From Hormiphora californensis (lineage: Eukaryota; Animalia; Ctenophora): a stretch of DNA of 64,000 bases. Under the pieces are notes generated by a model. The model was not told the origin of the DNA and did no database searches. It was given only the letters and a program-made list of their open reading frames with translations. Every line of letters begins with the position of its first letter. Positions within the stretch are counted from its first letter, which is position 1. This document shows, one piece after another, positions 27,701 to 39,115 of the stretch. The stretch covers positions 4,898,001 to 4,962,000 of the forward strand of contig CM035362.1 of the NCBI GenBank assembly GCA_020137815.1, written 5' to 3'. A program made the translations under genes and the position numbers.

Positions 27701-30700
27701 AAGAAGATGTAATGGAAGTATTCAAAGAGAGCGTGGACATAACTTCTGTTATGAATGGGGCAGGAATGGAAGAGATTGACATTGAAGATATCTCATTTGA
27801 ACAAGAAGATGTGATCGAGGAAAGTTTAACAATAACCGAAACTGAAACCGGGGGAATAGAAGTGGAAGAAGATGTAATGGAAGTATTCAAAGAGAGCGTG
27901 GACATAACTTCTGTTATGAATGGGGCAGGAATGGAAGAGATGGACATTGAAGATATCTCATTTGAACAAGAAGATGTGATCGAGGGAAGTTTAACAATAA
28001 CCGAAACTGAAACCGAGGGAATAGAAGTGGAAGAAGATGTAATGGAAGTATTCAAAGAGAGCGTGGACATAACTTCTGTTATGAATGGGGCAGGAATGGA
28101 AGAGATGGACATTGAAGATATCTCATTTGAACAAGAAGATGTGATCGAGGGAAGTTTAACAATAACCGAAACTGAAACCGAGGGAATAGAAGTGGAAGAA
28201 GATGTAATGGAAGTATTCAAAGAGAGCGTGGACATAACCTTTGAAGAAGAAGTGACCACAGAAGAAGTGACAACAGAAGCGATCACAACTCAAGAAGTGA
28301 CCACAGAAGAGGTGACCACAGAAGAAGTGACCACCGAAACAGTCACAACTCAAGAAGTTACGACAGAAGAAGTGACCACAGAAGAAGTGACCACCGAAAC
28401 AGTCACGACTCAAGAAATGACCACTGAAACAGTCACAACTCAAGAAGTTACAACAGAAGAAGTGACTACACAAGAAGTGACAACAGAAGAAGTAACTACA
28501 CAAGAAGTGACGACAGAAGAAGTAACCACAGAAGAAGTGACCACCGAAACAGTCACGACTCAAGAAGTGACCACAGAAGAAGTGACCACACAAGAAGTGA
28601 CCACAGAAGAAGTAACCACAGAAGAAGTGACCACCGAAACCGTCACAACTCAAGAAGTTACAACAGAAGAAGTGACCACAGAAGAGGTGACCACAGAAAA
28701 AGTGACCACAGAAGAAGTGACCACACAAGAAGTGACCACACAAGAAGTGACCACAGAAACAGTCACGACTCAAGAAGTTACAACAGAAGAAGTGACTACA
28801 CAAGAAGTGACAACAGAAGAAGTAACTACACAAGAAGTGACCACAGAAGAAGTGACCACAGAAGAAGTGACCACCGAAACAGTCACGACTCAAGAAGTTA
28901 CAACAGAAGAAGTGACCACAGAAGAAGTGACCACAGAAGAAGTGACTACACAAGAAGTGACCACTGAAACAGTCACAACTCAAGAAGTTACAACAGAAGA
29001 AGTGACCACAGAAGAAGTGACCACAGAAGAAGTGACTACACAAGAAGTGACAACAGTAGAAGTAACTACACAAGAAGTGACCACAGAAGAAGTGACCACA
29101 GAAGAAGTGACCACCGAAACAGTCACGACTCAAGAAGTTACAACAGAAGAAGTGACCACAGAAGAAGTGACCACAGAAGAAGTGACTACACAAGAAGTGA
29201 CAACAGAAGAAGTAACTACACAAGAAGTGACGACAGAACAAGTGACCACCGAAACAGTCACGACTGAAGAAGTTACAACAGAAGAAGTGACCACAGAAGA
29301 AGTGACCACAGAAGAAGTGACCACTGAAACAGTCACAACTCAAGAAGTTACAACAGAAGAAGTGACTACACAAGAAGTGACAACAGAAGAAGTGACTACA
29401 CAAGAAGTGAAGACAGAAGAAGTGACCACAGAAGAAGTTACCACCGAAACAGTCACGACTGAAGAAGTGACCACAGAAGAAGTGACCACAGAAGAAGTGA
29501 CCACAGAAGTAGTGACTACAGAAGAAGTGACCACAGAAACAATGGTGGTGAACAATGGTAAAATCTCAAGTTCAGAAGAAATGACCATTTCTAGTGGAGG
29601 CCAAGGTGGTGAACTAGAAAATGGACGAGGCTTCAACAGCGGATCCGGACCAGATGAAGCTGGCCCAACCCACGCTCCAGGTGGTGCAGGTGGTAAACCC
29701 CAAAACGGCAGAGGTTACAACAGCGGTTCCGGTCCAGATGATGCTGGTCCAACAAGATCAGGTGGTGGATTCGTCGAACGAGTTGGAGTTGTAAATGTTG
29801 TCACCGAAGAAATTATAATTTCTGGTGGAGGCCAAGGTGGTGAACTAGAAAATGGACGAGGCTTCAACAGCGGATCCGGACCAGATGATGCTGGCCCAAC
29901 CCACGCTCCAGGTGGTGCAGGTGGTAAACCCGAAGACGGCAGAGGTTACAACAGCGGTTCCGGTCCAGATGATGCTGGTCCAACAAGATCAGGTGGTGGA
30001 TTCGTCGAACGAGTTGGAGTTGAAAATGTTGTCACCGAAGAAATTTCTCGTGGAGGCCAAGGTGGTGAACTAGAAAATGGACGAGGCTTCAACAGCGGCT
30101 CCGGACCAGATGATGCTGGCCCAACCCACGCTCCAGGTGGTGCAGGTGGTAAACCCGAAGACGGCAGAGGTTACAACAGCGGTTCCGGTCCAGATGATGC
30201 TGGTCCAACAAGATCAGGTGGTGGATTCGTCGAACGAGTTGGAGTTGAAAATGTTGTCACCGAAGAAATTATAATTTCTGGTGGAGGCCAAGGTGGTGAA
30301 CTAGAAAATGGACGAGGCTTCAACAGCGGCTCCGGACCAGATGATGCTGGCCCAACCCACGCTCCAGGTGGTGCAGGTGGTAAACCCCAAAACGGCAGAG
30401 GTTACAACAGCGGTTCCGGTCCAGATGATGCTGGTCCAACAAGATCAGGTGGTGGATTCGTCGAACGAGTTGGAGTTGAAAATGTTGTCACCGAAGAAAT
30501 TTCTCGTGGAGGCCAAGGTGGTGAACTAGAAAATGGACGAGGCTTCAACAGCGGCTCCGGACCAGATGATGCTGGCCCAACCCACGCTCCAGGTGGTGCA
30601 GGTGGTAAACCCGAAGACGGCAGAGGTTACAACAGCGGTTCCGGTCCAGATGATGCTGGTCCAACAAGATCAGGTGGTGGATTCGTCGAACGAGTTGGAG

Positions 30701-33700
30701 TTGTAAATGTTGTCACCGAAGAAATTATAATTTCTGGTGGAGGCCAAGGTGGTGAACTAGAAAATGGACGAGGCTTCAACAGCGGCTCCGGACCAGATGA
30801 TGCTGGCCCAACCCACGCTCCAGGTGGTGCAGGTGGTAAACCCGAAGACGGCAGAGGTTACAACAGCGGTTCCGGTCCAGATGATGCTGGTCCAACAAGA
30901 TCAGGTGGTGGATTCGTCGAACGAGTTGGAGTTGTAAATGTTGTCACCGAAGAAATTATAATTTCTGGTGGAGGCCAAGGTGGTGAACTAGAAAATGGAC
31001 GAGGCTTCAACAGCGGATCCGGACCAGATGAAGCTGGCCCAACCCACGCTCCAGGTGGTGCAGGTGGTAAACCCCAAAACGGCAGAGGTTACAACAGCGG
31101 TTCTGGTCCAGATGATGCTGGTCCAACAAGATCAGGTGGTGGATTCGTCGAACGAGTTGGAGTTGTAAATGTTGTCACCGAAGAAATTATAATTTCTGGT
31201 GGAGGCCAAGGTGGTGAACTAGAAAATGGACGAGGCTTCAACAGCGGATCCGGACCAGATGAATGCTGGCCCAACCCACGCTCCAGGTGGTGCAGGTGGT
31301 AAACCCCAAAACGGCAGAGGTTACAACAGCGGTTCTGGTCCAGATGATGCTGGTCCAACAAGATCAGGAGGTGGATTCGTCGAACGAGTTGGAGTTGTAA
31401 ATGTTGTCACCGAAGAAATTGTAATTTCTGGCGGAGGCCAAGGTGGTGAACTAGAAAATGGACGAGGCTTCAACAGCGGATCCGGACCAGATGAAGCTGG
31501 CCCAACCCACGCTCCAGGTGGTGCAGGTGGTAAACCCCAAAACGGCAGAGGTTACAACAGCGGTTCTGGTCCAGATGATGCTGGTCCAACAAGATCAGGT
31601 GGTGGATTCGTCGAACGAGTTGGAGTTGTAAATGTTGTCACCGAAGAAATTATAATTTCTGGTGGAGGCCAAGGTGGTGAACTAGAAAATGGACGAGGCT
31701 TCAACAGCGGATCCGGACCAGATGAAGCTGGCCCAACCCACGCTCCAGGTGGTGCAGGTGGTAAACCCCAAAACGGCAGAGGTTACAACAGCGGTTCTGG
31801 TCCAGATGATGCTGGTCCAACAAGATCAGGTGGTGGATTCGTCGAACGAGTTGGAGTTGTAAATGTTGTCACCGAAGAAATTATAATTTCTGGTGGAGGC
31901 CAAGGTGGTGAACTAGAAAATGGACGAGGCTTCAACAGCGGATCCGGACCAGATGAAGCTGGCCCAACCCACGCTCCAGGTGGTGCAGGTGGTAAACCCC
32001 AAAACGGCAGAGGTTACAACAGCGGTTCTGGTCCAGATGATGCTGGTCCAACAAGATCAGGTGGTGGATTCGTCGAACGAGTTGGAGTTGTAAATGTTGT
32101 CACCGAAGAAATTATAATTTCTGGCGGAGGCCAAGGTGGTGAACTAGAAAATGGACGAGGCTTCAACAGCGGATCCGGACCAGATGAAGCTGGCCCAACC
32201 CACGCTCCAGGTGGTGCAGGTGGTAAACCCCAAAACGGCAGAGGTTACAACAGCGGTTCCGGTCCTGATGATGCTGGTCCAACAAGATCAGGTGGTGGAT
32301 TCGTCGAACGAGTTGGAGTTGTAAATGTTGTCACCGAAGAAATTATAATTTCTGGTGGAGGCCAAGGTGGTGAACTAGAAAATGGACGAGGCTTCAACAG
32401 CGGATCCGGACCAGATGAAGCTGGCCCAACCCACGCTCCAGGTGGTGCAGGTGGTAAACCCCAAAACGGCAGAGGTTACAACAGCGGTTCTGGTCCTGAT
32501 GATGCTGGTCCAACAAGATCAGGTGGTGGATTCGTCGAACGAGTTGGAGTTGTAAATGTTGTCACCGAAGAAATTATAATTTCTGGTGGAGGCCAAGGTG
32601 GTGAACTAGAAAATGGACGAGGCTTCAACAGCGGATCCGGACCAGATGAAGCTGGCCCAACCCACGCTCCAGGTGGTGCAGGTGGTAAACCCCAAAACGG
32701 CAGAGGTTACAACAGCGGTTCTGGTCCAGATGATGCTGGTCCAACAAGATCAGGTGGTGGATTCGTCGAACGAGTTGGAGTTGTAAATGTTGTCAACGAA
32801 GAAATTATAATTTCTGGTGGAGGCCAAGGTGGTGAACTAGAAAATGGACGAGGCTTCAACAGCGGATCCGGACCAGATGAAGCTGGCCCAACCCACGCTC
32901 CAGGTGGTGCAGGTGGTAAACCCCAAAACGGCAGAGGTTACAACAGCGGTTCTGGTCCAGATGATGCTGGTCCAACAAGATCAGGTGGTGGATTCGTCGA
33001 ACGAGTTGGAGTTGTAAATGTTGTCAACGAAGAAATTATAATTTCTGGTGGAGGCCAAGGTGGTGAACTAGAAAATGGACGAGGCTTCAACAGCGGATCC
33101 GGACCAGATGAAGCTGGCCCAACCCACGCTCCAGGTGGTGCAGGTGGTAAACCCCAAAACGGCAGAGGTTACAACAGCGGTTCTGGTCCAGATGATGCTG
33201 GTCCAACAAGATCAGGTGGTGGATTCGTCGAACGAGTTGGAGTTGTAAATGTTGTCAACGAAGAAATTATAATTTCTGGTGGAGGCCAAGGTGGTGAACT
33301 AGAAAATGGACGAGGCTTCAACAGCGGATCCGGACCAGATGAAGCTGGCCCAACCCACGCTCCAGGTGGTGCAGGTGGTAAACCCCAAAACGGCAGAGGT
33401 TACAACAGCGGTTCTGGTCCAGATGATGCTGGTCCAACAAGATCAGGTGGTGGATTCGTCGAACGAGTTGGAGTTGTAAATGTTGTCAACGAAGAAATTA
33501 TAATTTCTGGTGGAGGCCAAGGTGGTGAACTAGAAAATGGACGAGGCTTCAACAGCGGATCCGGACCAGATGAAGCTGGCCCAACCCACGCTCCAGGTGG
33601 TGCAGGTGGTAAACCCCAAAACGGCAGAGGTTACAACAGCGGTTCTGGTCCAGATGATGCTGGTCCAACAAGATCAGGTGGTGGATTCGTCGAACGAGTT

Positions 33701-34555
33701 GGAGTTGTAAATGTTGTCAACGAAGAAATTATAATTTCTGGTGGAGGCCAAGGTGGTGAACTAGAAAATGGACGAGGCTTCAACAGCGGATCCGGACCAG
33801 ATGAAGCTGGCCCAACCCACGCTCCAGGTGGTGCAGGTGGTAAACCCCAAAACGGCAGAGGTTACAACAGCGGTTCCGGTCCAGATGATGCTGGTCCAAC
33901 AAGATCAGGTGGTGGATTCGTCGAACGAGTTGGAGTTGTAAATGTTGTCACCGAAGAAGTCATAATTTCTGGTGGAGGCCAAGGTGGTGAACTAGAAAAT
34001 GGACGAGGCTTCAACAGCGGATCCGGACCAGATGAAGCTGGCCCAACCCACGCTCCAGGTGGTGCAGGTGGTAAACCCCAAAACGGCAGAGGTTACAACA
34101 GCGGTTCCGGTCCAGATGATGCTGGTCCAACAAGATCAGGTGGTGGATTCGTCGAACGAGTCGGAGTTGAAAATGTTGTTATTGAGGGAAATTCAGGACA
34201 GGCTGTTAAGGTTGGAGCAACACTTGTAAATACCGGGGAAAGTTTTAACATTACTGAAACTGAAACCATGGGAGACACTGAAGTATTTGGAGAGAAGGCG
34301 AAGATACCTTTTGGTGCCTTATTCGAGGAAAATGGCAATGGTACTGATTTCGAGAACAAACTCCCTGGTAACAACAATGTCGCGCTAAAAAGCGGTTATA
34401 ACTCGGGTAGTATTCTAGGGGTACATGGAAGGAATGGCACGGGATTCCTCAATCTGAGGATTGTGGACGGACCTAGGACGTTTAATGGCACCATAGCTGA
34501 TGGATTCTGGGGACACGAGGTCCTGAAGGGTGCCCATGATGATCATATTGATTGA
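11500..34555 (+). CDS. Giant multi-block repetitive protein (putative secreted structural/adhesive/mucin-like protein with a collagen-like core); 5' end unresolved
   Basis: Clean open frame ~19057-31262 continues as ORF 31226-34555 after a 1-nt insertion (gatgaatgct at ~31263, where units carry either GAT or GAA). Upstream 11500-19050 holds the same repeat units in error-ridden sequence. All repeat periods are multiples of 3 (84, 231, 15, 18, 165 bp), variation is mostly synonymous or conservative, and a unique ~125-aa C-terminus ends at TGA 34555. The ORF-track start at 18952 lies in corrupted sequence. Confidence 0.8.
12490..19055. other. Low-quality consensus (homopolymer-inflated) region; similar at ~11030-11820, ~36280-38450 and 48520-50000
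   Basis: Known repeat units are recognisable but full of indels and G/A/C/T runs, with a short clean island at ~17910-18175 and sharp transitions to clean sequence. Confidence 0.85.
12770..22428 (+). repeat. Coding repeat block R2: 231-bp / 77-aa unit ELENGRGFNSGSGPDDAGPTHAPGGAGGKPQNGRGYNSGSGPDDAGPTRSGGGFVERVGVENVVTEEVIISGGGEGG (roughly 40 copies, ~15 clean)
   Basis: Near-perfect units 19057-22428; recognisable but homopolymer-corrupted units 12770-19050. Confidence 0.85.
22429..24726 (+). repeat. Coding repeat block R3: 15-bp (EVTTE/TVTTQ) pentapeptide array, ~150 units
   Basis: gaagtgaccacagaa periodicity; Thr/Glu/Val only (mucin-like, acidic). Confidence 0.95.
24940..25880 (+). repeat. 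Coding repeat block R4: 18-bp PGAAG[V/F/L] hexapeptide = Gly-X-Y triplets (collagen-like), ~100 triplets
   Basis: (G-A-A)(G-[FVL]-P) register, with Gly occasionally replaced by E or V; grades into GVS/GMS/GMT triplets. Confidence 0.85.
25936..28240 (+). repeat. Coding repeat block R5: 165-bp / 55-aa acidic unit x14
   Basis: NGAGMEEMDIEDISFEQEDVIEGSLTITETETGGIEVEEDVMEVFKESVDITSVM; 18 D/E and 1 K per unit. Confidence 0.95.
28243..29540 (+). repeat. Second (EVTTE) array, ~85 units
   Basis: Same 15-bp unit as R3, with more EVTTQ variants. Confidence 0.95.
29590..34180 (+). repeat. Second R2 array (231-bp unit, ~20 copies; GQGG/IIIS/DEA variants)
   Basis: Near-identical tandem units; two 225-bp variants (EEISRGG). 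Confidence 0.95.
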
Positions 34556-35076
34556 ACGTTGTAACAGTTATCAGATCTGACGAAAGAAGCCGACCAAAAT
34601 GTGATAAATGGTGTGTGGTGTATCCATATATTCTTTTAGTGATTTTTTAGTGAATTGTGTTTGTCATAAGAAGATGTGCAGAGGATGATTTTTAGTGTTT
34701 TGTGCTATCAGAATAACCCTCTATTTATTTATGTCTTATTTTTAATCTTTAAATTAATTGATTTCTTTTAAATATATCAAGCTGTTTTTTGACATTTGTT
34801 CTGGGAAGAAACCGTGAGACGCATACCGAACACTCTTCTCCTAAAAAAGCTGAAAGTCTTGGAAATTCATATCATTATAATTAGGGTGTGGTATCTCTCA
34901 TTTTTAGCAAATTCCTATATGCCATCTCTCTTTTTTTCACGAGCTTTCTAATTGAAATCACACAAATCCAGTAAGGATTCCTGCTGTGTGACGGCCGGTG
35001 AGAAAGTGCAGGTCTCACTGTATGTGTTAGCTTGAAGCATCTGAAGTGAGGTTGCACTAACTGTCCTTCTCTCTCT

Positions 35077-35128
<52 letters not shown>

Positions 35129-35555
35129 TCTCTCTCCCTCTCTCTCTTTGTCTCCCTCTCTCAATCCCTCCCTCCATCGGTGGGTGTGTCAGTTGACAGT
35201 TTTTGGGAGGGGTCGGAAATATTTCTACTTTGATCACTCTGACAGCCATGCTAGAGTTCAATAGATCTGGCACTTCTCACAACTTTATTTGTTTTATCAT
35301 ATAGCTACCTGGGATAGTACGCGTTATAGCTCCGACAATAATTCAGTTATGTTTTCACCGGGTCACGTCATCCCACATATCATTACCCAAATTATCCAGT
35401 GACAGGAGAAGGACGAGAGAGAGCCCGGTATCATAAATTATAGGCATGCCAGTTTCAGTTTCCTAGTTTTTAATCCGACAGCTATGACTCACGTTTCATC
35501 GTGGAGACACACCGGCCCATTTGGTATTGCCCTTATATCGCAGTCTATTATAGCT

Positions 35556-35690
35556 TGCACCATGCAATGTACGTCGCACCATGCAATGTACATCGCACCA
35601 TGCAATGTACGTCGCACCATGCAATGTACGTCGCACCATGCAATGTACGTCGCACCATGCAATGTACGTCGCACCATGCAATCTACGTCG
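35556..35690. repeat. 19-bp minisatellite (gcaccatgcaatgtacgtc) x7
   Basis: Direct tandem repeat. Confidence 0.9.
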
Positions 35691-36012
35691 TATGAATCGT
35701 ACTACGATCAAGTTATTTTTGCCCTATTTTATGCTGCAGACATTACCAATTTCGGTAACTTCCATTTCCCCCGAAATAGGAAATTAACAGTATTTGACCC
35801 CGATATACCGGGCACCCCGATTTACCGGGCAAACCCCTTTCCCCTGAGCATCCCGGTAAATCGGGGTCCGACTGTACTCCCTTGCACGTGGCGGTGTGCT
35901 AGCTTCTTTCCGACATATCTGCGCAGCTGTCAAATGCACTGTATTATAGAAGCACTAAATTTAAACCTGTGCACAATATTCTGTGTGTAGCTTTCCGTGC
36001 AACTTGCAACTA

Positions 36013-36053
<41 letters not shown>

Positions 36054-37345
36054 ACTTGTGTTTCACAGAGACTTGCCGTCGTGTGCGCTGATTATTAGAG
36101 TAATTGCAACTAGTTGATCTGTTTCGTTAATATATGGGATTATTGAACTTGTGGTCACCCATATATTTAAGTGCATTATTACGGAATCGGAATCATACAA
36201 TTCATATCCTCAACAAATATAGGTGACCTATTTGAATTGTCATTAACAATGCATGAATAATATTGCCATTATATACAATCTCCCCTTAAAAATTTCCCCA
36301 GTCCGTTAAAGACCCCCGGGAATGGGCCCTTTTCCCTCTTTCCACTTGAAATTTTCCCTGCGAGGGAGAGAGTATTTTTGAAAAGTCTACACGAGACATC
36401 TTTTCTACAGAGACATCTTTCTACAGAGCGATTTTTCTAAAATTGATTTGTTACGGAAAACTTTCTACATGAGTTTATTTGTCTACAGAGACGACTTTTT
36501 CTACATAAGACGATCGTTACTGAGACATATTGTCTACCTGAGACACTTGTTACTGGTTATCTCGTCACTGAACGATCTTTTTTTACATGAGCGATTTTTT
36601 ACATGTCAGGCTGGGCCCGACAGTGTCACATGAGAACCGATCTGAATCTTGATTCCTGTATCTACAGCTCTGATTCTTGAATCTTGCATGATCTACATTC
36701 TACAGATCTAGTTTAGAAGGAGAATTTTGAATCTCCATAATGAAACAAACTCATTTTGGGAAAAATGACTCATTTGTTACCCGGGCCCCCTAATTGTACA
36801 AAACCCCCCCCCGTTTTTTCTTGAAAATCGACCTTTTTCCTCGGGCATGTGACGGGGAAATTTTACCCTAGCTTCTCTCTCTCCCCCCGGTTTTTCCTAT
36901 TTCTCTGTTCATTTGGGGCTGCAGAGTATTTACATAGGGGGCGTTTTTTTTAAAAATTGGCAGGGAGAAATGCGAATAGGAACTTTTCAAAGGGTTTTAG
37001 TTTCTGACATTCAATGCCCTTTAAAAGGGCCCTCTTTTCAGTTTCTGACATTCAATGCCCTTTTTCCATTTTCAGCCACCGTCATGGAGTCCGCCTATTA
37101 TATTTGTATCTGTTGCCAATTCCTGTCGTCGATAGACCCCGTTTTGATTCTCAAAACGTCGCTCATATCATAAGTCTAGTTGTTCCCGCGCCCCTTTATT
37201 GATAGTGTTTCCTAACTACCGTCTACCTCAGCAAACATTTCAACACCCATTATACGTCTAATGTCGCCATATTAACCAGCACTACGAATAATATATGCAA
37301 ATTTTCCACAAATTATACATGTTTGGTACAGAATTGCTGTCTATA

Positions 37346-38806
37346 CAAGGTGGCCCATAAATTATGATAGCGGGGGACGAGCCGTACCCCAAAAGGTGAT
37401 GTTTGGAAAAAACAATCGGGAACATGCTGGAAAAACCCCTGCGACTTTTCAATTTATGAAATTTTTATTCAAAGTTCTTTTTCTTCATGAATTTTACACT
37501 TTCATTAATTTGTCTAATTTCCGAAGTTAGGCATTTTTTTTGGTTAATTTTATTTTTCCCCGAGCACCAAAAAAATTAATTTAAAAAAACCCACCAGGTC
37601 CCCTGGCAGTTGAGAAATGCACTTCATGTTTTGGCTTTCCTGCGATTTAATCGGGCTTATCCCGGTCCTTTTGTTAATCTTTTTAAAAAATTTTGGGGAG
37701 AAACACGGAAAGAAAAGATCTTTTACAGAAAAATAGGGCCCAAACCAAGTTCATTTTCGGTTTGGTATTCATTCCACTCTTCGGGAAACCAAATCCTAAA
37801 TGATGAAAAGTGATGGTTTTTGTTTGGACCATACCCGCTATAGAAGGGGTGTAAAATTAGTTTTGGGCTTTTTAGGGGTGTCCATTTGTCATGATGATAT
37901 CGACCCCTTTTCTGCCAAAATTAAGGGATTTTCTCAAATTCAAGATGTGATTTGGTTTTTTTCGATTTGGATCGTGCGCAATGTTGAAGATCTCTCACCT
38001 CAAAAAAAATGATTAGTTCAATGAAAGGGGTATTTATATTTAAAAATTTTCGTTTTTTATTTTGCGTCTGTTTTTAAAAACTTTTTTTATTAAACTCCTT
38101 TTTTTTTAACTAATCATTTTTTTGAGGGGCTAGAGATCTTCAAAATTGCTGCCCATCCCAAACGCAAAAAATAAAACCATGTTGATTTTAGAAAAACCCT
38201 TTAAATTATGGCTCAGAAAGGTGTCGATTCATATGTCCTGGACCCCACTAACTACCCAGAAAGTAATTTTTACCCCTCCTTCTTTAAAGGGGGTTGGGTC
38301 AAAAAAACCCCATTTTTCCACTTTAGGGATTTGGGTTCCTAAGGATGAAAAACTACCCACGAAAAAATTTTGAGTTTTGCCCCGGATTTTTCTTGTGAGG
38401 AAAGATCTTTGCTTATCCGATGTTCTCCCAAATTTTTAAAAAACGATTGAACAAAAGGTAGCCGTGATACAGCTGATTGACAGTCGCAGGAAGAGCCAAA
38501 ATCATGAATGTGCATTTCTCAACTGCCATGTGATCGGTGCTTCAATTTCATTTTTATGGTGCTCATTGAAGTTAAATTCCAACCCAAACAAAATTCCCAA
38601 CTCTCGGTAAATAGAGTCCTTTAATTCATTAATGAACGTGTAGAAAGTTCATGAATGAAAAATGAACTTTTGAATAAAAATTTCATAAATTGCAAAAAGT
38701 CGTCCAGGAATTGTTCCAGCATGTTCCCGTAGTTTGTTTTTGCACAACTATCACCGTTTCGGAGGTACGGCTCGTCCCCCGCTATCATAATTTATGGGCC
38801 ACCTTG
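37346..38806. mobile_element. Tc1/mariner-type non-autonomous foldback element (TA target)
   Basis: ta|caaggtggcccataaattatgatagcgggggacgagccgtacc ... ggtacggctcgtcccccgctatcataatttatgggccaccttg|ta; interior related to 45970-47542 and partly low quality. Confidence 0.75.
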
Positions 38807-39115
38807 TATACACCCCTTGCCTAGCTTGGTATCGAAGACACCTCACACTCTGTAGCATGGCGGCCTTCGTTTGGTGCGCTTTGCGCGCCGGCAAGGGAGG
38901 GGTAACTTCGTTACCAATTGCCTAGCTATGTGTTAGAACAAATACACCCCTTCCTGTAACTGGAGAAAGAGAGATAAAAGAGAGATAAAATTAATTTCGG
39001 TGTATAGTTTTACTATTTTTTTAAAATGAGATGAGAAAGGATTTATCCAAGTCGACTTGCTTTGCTTTTTTTGCTCAAAATCAAACATATAATTCCTTTT
39101 TCAGCTACTTCAGCT

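Noticed and set aside
22405-29636. Long antisense ORFs (CGHFF repeats, 1194-aa Ser/Ile-rich, LLLGLQ)
   Set aside because: Shadow frames of the stop-poor repeat units; variation is synonymous or conservative in the + frame.
19727-34229. Repeated 65-aa MDEASTAAPDQMM ORFs
   Set aside because: Alternative frame of the R2 unit, ended by a stop in each unit.
34880-37300. Possible additional gene between the giant ORF and the carboxypeptidase
   Set aside because: Some exon-like open stretches but no recognisable motif or consistent splice chain; partly low quality.
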